Origin: Polyangiaceae bacterium | GTDB taxonomy: Bacteria; Myxococcota_A; Polyangia; Polyangiales; Polyangiaceae | Direction of reading: 5' to 3' | NCBI GenBank assembly: GCA_044376115.1 | Contig: JBILLK010000007.1 | Coordinates: 288,001 to 352,000 of the forward strand | Length of the DNA stretch: 64,000 nucleotides | Shown here: in pieces, positions 30,138 through 39,102 of the stretch | Layout of the letters: each line of letters opens with the position of its first letter | Position numbering within the stretch: the stretch's first letter is position 1 | The notes under the pieces: generated by a model | Database searches by the model: none | The model's input: the letters and a program-made list of their open reading frames with translations, nothing else | Told to the model about the DNA's origin: nothing | Program-made: the position numbers and the translations under genes

Positions 30138-30503
30138 ATGGAGAGGCGCGTGAATTCTGGGCGAGTGCTGGCCGCGGTTGCGATGCTCAGCGTGAGTGTT
30201 TTTTCTTTCGCTAGCTGCGAGAAAAAAATGGAAGTGGCCGAGTGTGACAACCTTCGCTCGGAGGGCTTCAAGATCTTGAACAAGGCGCAGCCTTGTGGCG
30301 CGGACGGCGATTGTGTCGAGGCCGTCTTTCCGGAGTGCCGCAAGCCGGTCAATCAGAAGAACTTCGACCTCTTGGCCGAGATGAAGAAGAAGACCGAAGA
30401 CGGAAAGTGCGAAGTCAAAAAGGCTGAGTGCAAAGACAGCCCGCCGGTCTACTGCAAGCAGGGTCTGTGTGTGAACCGCGAGCCCGGCCGCGTGGAGGAG
30501 TGA
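30138..30503 (+). CDS. Small Cys/Lys-rich exported protein or lipoprotein
   Basis: Hydrophobic signal ending FASC, followed by 8 more Cys. Confidence 0.6.
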   Translation: MERRVNSGRVLAAVAMLSVSVFSFASCEKKMEVAECDNLRSEGFKILNKAQPCGADGDCVEAVFPECRKPVNQKNFDLLAEMKKKTEDGKCEVKKAECKDSPPVYCKQGLCVNREPGRVEE

Positions 30504-30506
30504 GCC

Positions 30507-30920
30507 ATGTTCGATGATCGCGCTGGGCTCGCCGAGCCCAAACTCCTGGCCCTGGTTGAGATGATGGTGCTGGCCGCGGTCTCTGACGGAGACTTCGGTG
30601 AAGAAGAGCACGCTAAGGTGCGTACCTCTGTCACCAACCTGACCAGCGCTCGCTTCGATGCAGCGTTGGTCGATGAGATGATCCGCAGCGTGGTAGCGCG
30701 GGCGAAGGAGGGCACGCGCCAACAGCGTTTGGCGGTCGTGCGAGAGGCGCTCGAAACCCCGGCCGCATGCAAGGTCGCGCTCGAGTTGGCGCTCGGAGTG
30801 ATGCTCGCCGACGGCGTAATTCGAACCAGCGAGCGCGAAATGATCGCAGATATGGCGGATGGGCTCGGAATCGAGGGTGAGCAGGCAGCAGACCTTGTGC
30901 GCTCGCTCTCGCGCGGATGA
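30507..30920 (+). CDS. TerB-family (tellurite resistance-like) protein
   Basis: AAVSDGDFGEEE and MLADGVIRTSE repeated xDG..E motifs, with a GGAG RBS. Confidence 0.8.
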   Translation: MFDDRAGLAEPKLLALVEMMVLAAVSDGDFGEEEHAKVRTSVTNLTSARFDAALVDEMIRSVVARAKEGTRQQRLAVVREALETPAACKVALELALGVMLADGVIRTSEREMIADMADGLGIEGEQAADLVRSLSRG

Positions 30921-30998
30921 GCTCGCGCCGTTGAAAGCGGGTCGGCTGTTGGCAGAGGGCGCTTCGGAGGCTACGCTGAACCGAAGTACCCGCTCCCT

Positions 30999-31853
30999 AT
31001 GAGTTCCACGCTGCCCAACGGCATGATCCCTTACCCGACGCCTGGGTCTTCCCTGACCTCGCATCGCGGTACGTATGTGATCGGCAAGCTGATTGGCGAC
31101 GGGCAATACGGCTCGGTGTTCGAGTGCATGGGCCCGTTTGACCAGCCCTACGCCCTGAAGATGCTGCGCCCGGCGAACAAGCCGTATCACGTGGTGCGCG
31201 AAGAATGGGCGCTCGAAATGAAGCGGCTGGAGAGCTTCCGCCACCCGAACATCGTCTATATCCACGATGCTTTCGAGGACAACTACCTCTTCTACCTCGC
31301 GCTCGAGCAGTGCGACACCAGCCTGCGCGCCCTGCTCGAGCTGGGGCCGCTTTCTCCGCCGCTCATGGTGGAAGTGACGCGGCAGCTGCTGCTGACGTTG
31401 CAATATCTCCACGACGCCGGCCTCGTTCACTCGGATCTTCACGCCGGTAACGTCTTGCTCTCGCAGGTGGACCGCTGGCCGGTGCTCAAGCTGACCGACT
31501 TCGGGGTAGCTCACCAGTTGAACGGTCAGAATTGGTTCCGTCCCCGCGTGGCGAACCCCAAGATCCTTACGCCGGAGCTGGTCGTTGCGGGCTACACCAC
31601 GCGTCAGAGTGACCTCTACCAGCTGGGTTTGTTGCTCTACCAGATGCACACCGGCCGCAGCGCGATGGAGGGCGCGAGCCAGTCCGCCGACGTGACCGAG
31701 TACATCCGCGAGGGAACGCCGAGGGCGCTGGCCGAGGCGCTAGGCACCCCGTTTAGCCCCGTCATCTCGAAGTTGCTGCGTCGTCGCGAGGGCTACCGCT
31801 ATCAATCGGCACGCGAGGTCTGGGAAGACTTGCGCAAGTGTGTGTGGTGGTGA
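30999..31853 (+). CDS. Stand-alone Ser/Thr protein kinase (non-RD, HSDLHAGN)
   Basis: IGDGQYGSV, YALK, HPNIV, HSDLHAGN, DFG, TPE and SDLYQLG. Confidence 0.88.
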   Translation: MSSTLPNGMIPYPTPGSSLTSHRGTYVIGKLIGDGQYGSVFECMGPFDQPYALKMLRPANKPYHVVREEWALEMKRLESFRHPNIVYIHDAFEDNYLFYLALEQCDTSLRALLELGPLSPPLMVEVTRQLLLTLQYLHDAGLVHSDLHAGNVLLSQVDRWPVLKLTDFGVAHQLNGQNWFRPRVANPKILTPELVVAGYTTRQSDLYQLGLLLYQMHTGRSAMEGASQSADVTEYIREGTPRALAEALGTPFSPVISKLLRRREGYRYQSAREVWEDLRKCVWW

Positions 31854-31866
31854 CAAAACGGCCGGC

Positions 31867-32973
31867 GTGAGCCCCACCGTCGTTTCGCTGACTCCCGCCG
31901 TCTTTCATCTACCTGCCGCCGTCAGCAGGGTCGCTCAGAACTACGGCGCCCACCCGATCGTCCCGCGCGGTCCGCGCTTTGCGCCGCTGCTCGCCCGCGT
32001 GCGAGCGGGCATCGTGTCGGCGTTGGGGGCCGAAGGGTACGAGGCCATCCTGCTCACCGGCACCGGCTCCACCGCCATGGGCGCGGTGATCGGCTCATGC
32101 CTGCGGCCGAACGAGCGGCTGCTCGTGGTGCGCAACGGGGCGTACGGTGATCGCATCCTCGAGTTCGCCCAGCGCATCGGCCAGCCCGTCGTAGACATGA
32201 GTCTGCCGTACGGTGAAAGGCCGGACCTTGCGGCGATCGAGCAGCTGTTCAAGGACAACGCCGTCGACGCTGTCGCGGCCGTCTACGGTGGCACCTCGAC
32301 CTGTACGCTCAATCCGATCGCCGAGATCGGTCAGTTGGCCAAGACCTACGGCAAGAAGTTCCTGGTGGACGGCGTGAGCTCGCTCTTCGTCGAGCCGATG
32401 GAGTTCGAAGCGTGGGGCATCTCAGCGGTGATGGGCTCGTGTAACAAGGGCCTGCACAGCCATCCGAACCTCACGATGTGCCTCGTGAAGCAGAGCCTAT
32501 TGGCCGAGATGGAGACCATCGCGCCGCGCGCTCCAAGCCTCGAGCTCGGCAAGCTGCACAAGGCGCAAGCTCAGGGCTCGCACCCGTACACGATCGATCC
32601 AATGAGCATCCTGATGGTTGAGGCGGCGCTGGGCGTCCTCGCCGAGGAGGGCGGCGTCGCCGGCCGCAACCGCATCTACCTAGCCCGCGCGGAGAAACTG
32701 CGCGCCGGTTATGAGCGGCTCGGGCTGCGCATCGCTCGTTGGACTGGAAGTCCGCTGGCTTCGATCGGCACGGCGCTCTATTTGCCCGCTGGGAAGACGT
32801 ACGCACAACTCGCGACGACGTTGGCCGAGACCGAGATCGACGGCCACGTGTTCGAGATCTACTCGGCGCAGGGCAAGCTCTCCGACACGGTCTTCCGCAT
32901 CTTCCACATGGGCGAATACAAGCTCGAGGTGTACGACGTGTTCCTGAAGGCGCTCGAGCACGCGTTGCGCTAG
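31867..32973 (+). CDS. Class-V PLP aminotransferase (PhnW/serine-pyruvate aminotransferase-like)
   Basis: GTGSTAM, NGAYGDR, LNP, VDGVSS, SCNKGL (PLP lysine) and FRIFHMG. Confidence 0.8.
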   Translation: MSPTVVSLTPAVFHLPAAVSRVAQNYGAHPIVPRGPRFAPLLARVRAGIVSALGAEGYEAILLTGTGSTAMGAVIGSCLRPNERLLVVRNGAYGDRILEFAQRIGQPVVDMSLPYGERPDLAAIEQLFKDNAVDAVAAVYGGTSTCTLNPIAEIGQLAKTYGKKFLVDGVSSLFVEPMEFEAWGISAVMGSCNKGLHSHPNLTMCLVKQSLLAEMETIAPRAPSLELGKLHKAQAQGSHPYTIDPMSILMVEAALGVLAEEGGVAGRNRIYLARAEKLRAGYERLGLRIARWTGSPLASIGTALYLPAGKTYAQLATTLAETEIDGHVFEIYSAQGKLSDTVFRIFHMGEYKLEVYDVFLKALEHALR

Positions 32974-33004
32974 TCAGCCGCCTTCGGAGGCCCGAACGCG
33001 GGCC

Positions 33005-34528
33005 TCATTGCATCAGGTTGTCGCTGAACTCGACGTTGCGTTTGACCTGCGACTTCTGAGGTCGCGCGGCTGGGGCAGGGGCTGCACCGGGCGCCGCGGG
33101 CGGAGGCGTGGCAAAGTTTTGGATCGACTTGCCGACTTCCTCCTCCTGCGATTGAAAGCTCTTGTCGATGTCGTTGGCACGGCCGCTGGGCGCGCTCTCT
33201 TTGGCCTTGTTGCGCCCCTGAGCGAGAGCATCTTGTTGGGTTTGCAGCCGCTTTCGCGCCTCATCTACCTTGCCGAGTGAGAACAGGTTGTTGGCCTCCT
33301 TGAGCGCCACCGCTGTTTCGCTGCGCTGCAAGCGGTCGAGCACGAGCGCATCGAGGTCGGCGAGCAGCGACTTGTCGCTCACGAACTCGAGCGCGAGATC
33401 TCCCGTTACCGCCGTTTCTTTGTCGCTTTCGACGTCGCGGAAGCCGACGCTGACGTGGGCCACCGGCAACGGCCCTTCACTCTGCGCCGGTACCTTGACC
33501 TTGAGCAGCACCGTCTTGACCTCACCGCGTGCGAGCGCTCCCAGCGGGATGCTGATGCGCGAGCCCGCGCGACCGAAGCTGCGATCGAAGACGCGCACCA
33601 GCTCGACTCCCTTCTCGAGCTCGATTTCGGCGGAAACGTTGCTGGCGACGGTCTCGGTCAGGGTTGCGGCCTCGGCGTCGAACACCCGTTGCAAATCGCG
33701 ATCGTTCTCGACGAAGTAGTGTCGCCCGTTCGCTCCGAGGGCGATCGCGCTCATGATCTTCTCGTTGTACTCGAGGTCCACGCCGATGGTCGAAATGCTC
33801 ACCCCCTGGCTCATCGCGCGTTGGGCCAAGCTCTTGAAGCCGGGGATATCGCGGATGCCGTTGTTGGTGTCGCCGTCGGAGAGCACGAGCATGCGCGGAA
33901 CCACGCCCACTCCTCCCAGCGTGCTGCGCATCTGGCTCAGCCCCTCCTCGATCCCGCAGGAGATGCACGTGTCGCCGCCGAGCGCGATGCCGCGGATTGA
34001 AGACAACACTTGTTGGCGGTTGCTCGGTGAAAGGGTGGTTAGCGGCACAACGGCCTCGGCTCGCGTGTCAAAGGCGACCACCGTGAGCTGGTCCCCATCA
34101 CGCAGCCGCTCAACCGCTCCGGCCGCAGCGGAGAGCGCGTTTTGGTGACGGGTACCTCGCATCGAGCCGGATTTGTCGATCACGATCGCCAACGCGGCCT
34201 TGGGCTGGACGCCCGACGCCTTGTCGTCGCCGCGTACCTCGAGCAGCACGAAGGTCTCATCGGGGCTGCTCGCGCGCAGCGTCTTGTGACCGAGCCGCCC
34301 TTCCACCCGGACCGCCTTTCCGGCTTGGAAGGTGGCTGACGCCTCGTCCTTCGAGCTGGCTCCGCCGATGGTGCTGTCTTCGGCCTGTGCTTCATCCGAG
34401 GCCGTGCTCGCGACCTGTCGGTCTTCCTTCGCCGCAGCGAAACCACCCTCCGGCGTAAGCGCAAACACGCTGCCAAAGGCGGCGGCCATTCCGACGAGCG
34501 AGAGCAGTCCAACGTGTGCGGCTTTCAT
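33005..34528 (-). CDS. VWA-domain exported protein
   Basis: N-terminal hydrophobic segment, MIDAS DKSGSM, LSDG and TIGVD. Confidence 0.85.
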   Translation of the reverse strand: MKAAHVGLLSLVGMAAAFGSVFALTPEGGFAAAKEDRQVASTASDEAQAEDSTIGGASSKDEASATFQAGKAVRVEGRLGHKTLRASSPDETFVLLEVRGDDKASGVQPKAALAIVIDKSGSMRGTRHQNALSAAAGAVERLRDGDQLTVVAFDTRAEAVVPLTTLSPSNRQQVLSSIRGIALGGDTCISCGIEEGLSQMRSTLGGVGVVPRMLVLSDGDTNNGIRDIPGFKSLAQRAMSQGVSISTIGVDLEYNEKIMSAIALGANGRHYFVENDRDLQRVFDAEAATLTETVASNVSAEIELEKGVELVRVFDRSFGRAGSRISIPLGALARGEVKTVLLKVKVPAQSEGPLPVAHVSVGFRDVESDKETAVTGDLALEFVSDKSLLADLDALVLDRLQRSETAVALKEANNLFSLGKVDEARKRLQTQQDALAQGRNKAKESAPSGRANDIDKSFQSQEEEVGKSIQNFATPPPAAPGAAPAPAARPQKSQVKRNVEFSDNLMQ

Positions 34529-34549
34529 GAAAACGGCCTTTCGAGCTTC

Positions 34550-36748
34550 TCAGGTTTCAGAGCGTAGAGTCTTTTCATCCCCGAGGAAGACGGAGCGGGC
34601 GGGCTCGGCTTGCGCGCGGGTGATACCGAGCGCCTGCAGGGTGTCCCACGGAGGGATGGTGCCGATGAGCACGAACAAACTGTCGAAGGGGAGACGGGTG
34701 GCTGCACCGGCGCTGCGCACCGTGAGCAGCCCATGGCCTCGCTCGGCAGCCAGCGTCTCCACCTCGGACTGCCACAAGACCGAGATCCGCCCAGCTTTGC
34801 GCTGGCGTTCGAGCTCGGCGATGTTCCGGGATTGTCCACGCGAATAGGTAGCTGCACGGGCCACAATTGTGACCTGCGTTCTTGCCTGGGCCGAAAGCGC
34901 CAGCGCCGACTCCATCGCCACATCGCCGATTCCCACGATAATTACGCGTTTTCCAGCCAAACTGCGGGCGTCGGCCAGGTGGTAATGCACGCTGCTTTGC
35001 AGCTCCTCGGGGATGGCGGCTGTAAGCTTGCGAGGCGTTCCGCGCTGCCCGATGGCCAGAATCACCGTACGAGCGCGCAGGGTGAGCGTTCGGCCGTCTT
35101 GCCCGGCGCCGGGCGCTCCCAGCTCGGGACCGGCCTCGCGCGTCTCGACGCTGAAGCCGCTGCCCACGGGTCGAACCGCCATCATGCGCGTACGCTCGCG
35201 GATATCGAGCTGCTCTTTGCGCACGATCCGCGTCCAATGCAGCAATAGCTCCTCCTTGGTCGACTCTTTGAGCCATAACTTGCCGAGCACCGGTAGCTCG
35301 AGCGGTTGGTCGAACACCAGCTTGCCGCGCGGGAAGTTTTGGATCGATTGGGCGACGCTGCCCTGATCCACGGCGGCCGCGCGCAGGCCCAGCTCTTTGA
35401 GCCGCAACAAGGCGCTGATGCCGGCGGGGCCGGCGCCGATCACGCACACGTCGAGCTCTTCGTCGCTGCGCCGGCTCTTGCCCAGCTTCTTGTGCGCGGC
35501 CTCGGCTGCACGAACGCCCTGCGCGATGGCGGTCTTGATCAGCGGTACGCCGGTGATGTCGCCGGCCAGGAACACGCCGGGGACGTCCAGGCTCTCGAGC
35601 GTAGGCCCGAGGCGCGGACGGTCGAGCAGGCTGCCTTCCTCGGCCACCACCAGCGAGCCGTTGGGGCAGCTTTGCTCGCACAAAACCAGGCCGCAGCAGG
35701 CGTCGGGTCGAGCCACCACCGCCACGTAGTTTTTGACCTCCAGCACGCCGTAAGGGCAGGCGTCCACGCAGGCGTAACAGCCGAGGCAGGTCGAGGTATT
35801 GATCAGCGGCAGACGCTTCACCGTCACCGGCAGCGGTGCGTCCTGCTTCACCGTCTTGCGCCGTTTGCGGCGCAAAAGCGACGTGGCCGCATAGCCGAGC
35901 GCGGCGCTGCCTACGCCGCCGAGCAGCGGCGTCAGCGTTGGGGCCTCGCTCGTCCGCGCTGGCGGACCCACTTCGATCGCCTCGCGAGCAGCCTCCCAAA
36001 CGAAAGGACGATCCTCGAAGTGCTGGTCTGCACAAACCTGAGCCGAACGCTTGGATTTGCCGTCCTTGGGCGACTTCACGTTCTCCGTGGGCAGCGCCGC
36101 AACATGCTCATCGAAGCAGACGGTGGGGCTCTCACGGCCGAGCTCCGAGCGCGTACGACAGCGCGCAAACGGATCATCGGCGCTCTCATCGTGACAACGC
36201 AGGCAGGCCTTCTCCGGGATGGTCGGCACCACCAGCGTGCGTTCGCTGTGAAACGAAAGGCCTTCCACCGTGCGTTCGCCGAAGGTGGAGTAGCGCACGG
36301 CGTCGCCTTCTTCGGGGAAGCGCACGCCGCTCTGCGAGCCGTGAATTTGGTGGCAATCCACACAGCCGAGCTCGCCGCGTTTGCGCAGCTTGCTGTGGCC
36401 GGCGCGGGTCGAAGGATGAGCGCCGTGACAACTCTCGCAGGCCTCCAGCGCGTTCTCTTTGAAGCTGGAACTGCCGCTTTCTGCGCCGCCGTGACAACTC
36501 TTGCACGTGAGCTTGGCCTTCACGTGCGAAGGCGTCAGCGGACCGGGGCCGCTCGGCGTCGCTAGCGAGCCGGAGGAGAACGCCAATCCCAGCCCCAGGC
36601 CCACGCAGCCGGTGAGGCCGGCGACATAGGCTGGGCGCACGCGCGTTACGTCGCTGGCGGCGCGCGCACGTTTCGCCGCCGGGCGCTTCTCCGGCTCAGC
36701 CAGCTCCTGCGCGACGAAAAGCGTCTTGTTCTCTCGTTTGGCGGTCAT
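34550..36748 (-). CDS. Fusion: tetraheme cytochrome c (c3-like) / TM / 2x[4Fe-4S] / TrxR- or FNR-like FAD/NAD(P)H oxidoreductase
   Basis: Heme motifs CKSCH, CESCH, CVDCH and CLRCH. Fe-S motifs CLGCYACVDACP and CCGLVLCEQSCP. Flavoprotein motifs GVFLAGD, VIGAGPAG, ILAIG and IVGIGDVAME. ATGA coupling at 36745-36748. Confidence 0.85.
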   Translation of the reverse strand: MTAKRENKTLFVAQELAEPEKRPAAKRARAASDVTRVRPAYVAGLTGCVGLGLGLAFSSGSLATPSGPGPLTPSHVKAKLTCKSCHGGAESGSSSFKENALEACESCHGAHPSTRAGHSKLRKRGELGCVDCHQIHGSQSGVRFPEEGDAVRYSTFGERTVEGLSFHSERTLVVPTIPEKACLRCHDESADDPFARCRTRSELGRESPTVCFDEHVAALPTENVKSPKDGKSKRSAQVCADQHFEDRPFVWEAAREAIEVGPPARTSEAPTLTPLLGGVGSAALGYAATSLLRRKRRKTVKQDAPLPVTVKRLPLINTSTCLGCYACVDACPYGVLEVKNYVAVVARPDACCGLVLCEQSCPNGSLVVAEEGSLLDRPRLGPTLESLDVPGVFLAGDITGVPLIKTAIAQGVRAAEAAHKKLGKSRRSDEELDVCVIGAGPAGISALLRLKELGLRAAAVDQGSVAQSIQNFPRGKLVFDQPLELPVLGKLWLKESTKEELLLHWTRIVRKEQLDIRERTRMMAVRPVGSGFSVETREAGPELGAPGAGQDGRTLTLRARTVILAIGQRGTPRKLTAAIPEELQSSVHYHLADARSLAGKRVIIVGIGDVAMESALALSAQARTQVTIVARAATYSRGQSRNIAELERQRKAGRISVLWQSEVETLAAERGHGLLTVRSAGAATRLPFDSLFVLIGTIPPWDTLQALGITRAQAEPARSVFLGDEKTLRSET

Positions 36749-39102
36749 GGCGCTATTGCCTGCACGATGTGAAGGATGAGCAAGAGCAGCGTCATGCACG
36801 AGAGCACGATGTGAATCGGCAACAGCACCCGCAGGCTCGCGTTCAGCCCGCGCACCAGCGGCCAGGCGGCGAGCTCCACGCTGATGCGCACGAGCTCATG
36901 CAGGCCTTCGAGTCGATCGGGCGCCGGCGCTGAGAGTTGGGCCTGAATTTGCGCCTCCAGCCGGCTCGCTTCGGCGCGCAAATCCCGGCCGGAGAAGAGC
37001 AACGCGAGCCCGGCGGTGTGCGACCTCGCGTAGGGCAGCAGCACCTTCTCCGCGACCTTCTTGAGCAGCGCGTCTTTGCCCGAGAGACCCTTGTACAGCC
37101 GCGTACCGAGCTCCTCCTTCTCCTGCTGCAGGTTCTCCGGCAGGAGCGGCTTGCGCTCCAAACGCGCGAGCCTGCGCGGCACGAGCCAATACAGCGCTGC
37201 CAGCCCAGCGCCGGAGAGCGCCGCTCCACTGAGCGTGAGCGTGAGCAGCCCACCGAGCGATCCGGGCAAGAACACGAACTTCGGCGCGTGCCACGGAACT
37301 GCGGCGAGTAGCGCCAAGCCGAGCAGCGCGTGCGCGCGGTAATGCGCTGCCGTGACGCTGACCACACGGTTGGGCTCGCTGACCGCAGCTTTGCGGCGCC
37401 TCGCGCGGGCGAGCCACACGAGGCCGCGTTTGGGAACGCTGTAGCCTAAGAGCGCCAGCACCAAGCCACCGGCGATCCAGCCCGCCGCGTAGCCTCGGCC
37501 GGCGCCGGCGCTGAGCAGCCCACGGCTGTGGAGGAGCGCGCCCACGCAGCTCACCGTGAGCGTGGCCACGCCGAGCGCGAGGTTGCGTATGAGGCCGCTC
37601 GCGAGCCAGCGGCTGGGCCCGTTGGGAACGGCGGCGCTGGCTGCAGCTGGCGCAGTGCTCAACGGCTTGCCGAGCGCGCCGGCGATCTCGCTCCAGTCGT
37701 CTTTCGGATGCACGCGCACGATCGCTGAGACCGGGCAAACGCGGACGCACATCGGGCCGCCTTCCTGCTCGCGACAAAGATCGCATTTGTCGGCGACGTC
37801 GCTCGAGACGGTGCCTTGCGGTCGCGGATCCTCTGGCGCCCGCGGCTTCATTTGAATGTTGTCCCAGGGGCAGGCCTTGGCGCAGGCGCCGCAGCCGGTG
37901 CACAGCTCTTTGCGGATGAACACTTCGCCGCGCGCGTCTTTGGCGATGGCGCCGGTCGGGCAGCCGACCATGCAGGCGGGGTTGTCGCAGTGTTGGCAGG
38001 AGTTTGGCAGTAGGTAGTGCGCGCTGGCGAAGATGTTCGGTTGCTCGGACTGCGCGGGTTCCGGCTCGCTGCGTGGGCGCAGAAGCTTGTCGCCTTCGCG
38101 CAGCAGCCGACTCTCACCGTACAGCGAGGCGCAGGCCCAGGCGCAATGGCCGCAGCGGACGCAGGTATCGAGGTCGATCAGCAGCAAACTGCCGGCCACT
38201 TGCATGCGGTAGAGATCGCGGAACACATGCTCGGTCGCGTGTTTGGCGGCGCCACCGACGAGTTCGCGTTGCCGTTCGAGTGTGTCGCTTCCAACTTTGC
38301 GCAGACCAGCGAAGAGACGCTCGTCGAGCTTGGCCAGGCCGCGTACCACGCGGGCTGGTATCGCGAGCACGGTGGAAGGCCCGTTGGCAACGGCCGAACT
38401 CGTGCGCACCGTGGCTGTTTCAAGCTCCTGATCGCCGAAGAAATCTCCACGGCCGAAGTACGCGTGCACGCGTGCTCGGCCCTCGCTCTCGACCTGCAGC
38501 TGAATCAGCCCGTCGCCCACGATGAACAGCGAGGTGGAGGCGTCGCCTGCGCGATACAGCGTCTGACCGCGCTCGAAGCTGTGATAGCTGACGGCGTCGA
38601 GCAGCGCGTCGAGCTCGCTTTCGCCGATGCTCTGGCCCAGCGGCGTCGCCGCGATCACGTCGCGCGCAGCAGCTCGCTTGAGGGTGCGCTCGGTCTTCTC
38701 GAGCAGCTCGGCCCGGCCCAAACGAACGATGGCGCGCCGGAAGAGGTGGACCGGGATCTCGACCACCTGCGCGCGCGTGACGGCGCGTGCTTCCACCTGG
38801 CGGGGTACGCCGGCCATCGCTTCTTCACCGAACAGCTCGCCTTCGCGCGGCGAACGCACGCGCATCGGTGGCTCGTTCGAGCGCGCGCGGGTCGCGCGCA
38901 GCTCGAGCGAGCCGGACGCCACCACGAAGAAAGAGTCTGCGACGGCGCCCTGCTCGAACACGACGCTGCCCGGCGCGAACTCGAGCAGCCTTCCGGCTGC
39001 CTCGAATTCGCGCATGGCGCGCGCGTCGAGCCCGCGAAAGATGGCCGCGCTCCAGACCGACTTCGGCCACCCTTGGGCTGCCGCTTGCACCGCCGAGCTC
39101 AT
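36745..39102 (-). CDS. Fusion: two cyclic-nucleotide-binding domains / 4x[4Fe-4S] (DmsB/NrfC-like) / membrane domain with two HX13H motifs
   Basis: cNMP motifs FEQG...FGEEA..PR and YRAG...FFGD...RT. Fe-S motifs CVRCGHCAWAC, CQHCDNPAC..CP, CTGCGACAKACP and KCDLC..C..CP. His pairs in the TM helices. Confidence 0.85.
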   Translation of the reverse strand: MSSAVQAAAQGWPKSVWSAAIFRGLDARAMREFEAAGRLLEFAPGSVVFEQGAVADSFFVVASGSLELRATRARSNEPPMRVRSPREGELFGEEAMAGVPRQVEARAVTRAQVVEIPVHLFRRAIVRLGRAELLEKTERTLKRAAARDVIAATPLGQSIGESELDALLDAVSYHSFERGQTLYRAGDASTSLFIVGDGLIQLQVESEGRARVHAYFGRGDFFGDQELETATVRTSSAVANGPSTVLAIPARVVRGLAKLDERLFAGLRKVGSDTLERQRELVGGAAKHATEHVFRDLYRMQVAGSLLLIDLDTCVRCGHCAWACASLYGESRLLREGDKLLRPRSEPEPAQSEQPNIFASAHYLLPNSCQHCDNPACMVGCPTGAIAKDARGEVFIRKELCTGCGACAKACPWDNIQMKPRAPEDPRPQGTVSSDVADKCDLCREQEGGPMCVRVCPVSAIVRVHPKDDWSEIAGALGKPLSTAPAAASAAVPNGPSRWLASGLIRNLALGVATLTVSCVGALLHSRGLLSAGAGRGYAAGWIAGGLVLALLGYSVPKRGLVWLARARRRKAAVSEPNRVVSVTAAHYRAHALLGLALLAAVPWHAPKFVFLPGSLGGLLTLTLSGAALSGAGLAALYWLVPRRLARLERKPLLPENLQQEKEELGTRLYKGLSGKDALLKKVAEKVLLPYARSHTAGLALLFSGRDLRAEASRLEAQIQAQLSAPAPDRLEGLHELVRISVELAAWPLVRGLNASLRVLLPIHIVLSCMTLLLLILHIVQAIAP

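Noticed and set aside
30123..31649. 508-aa minus-strand ORF
   Set aside because: It lies antisense to three recognisable + strand genes and has no motifs.
31867..32973. Assigning the symbol phnW
   Set aside because: The similarity is only family-level and no other phosphonate genes are adjacent.
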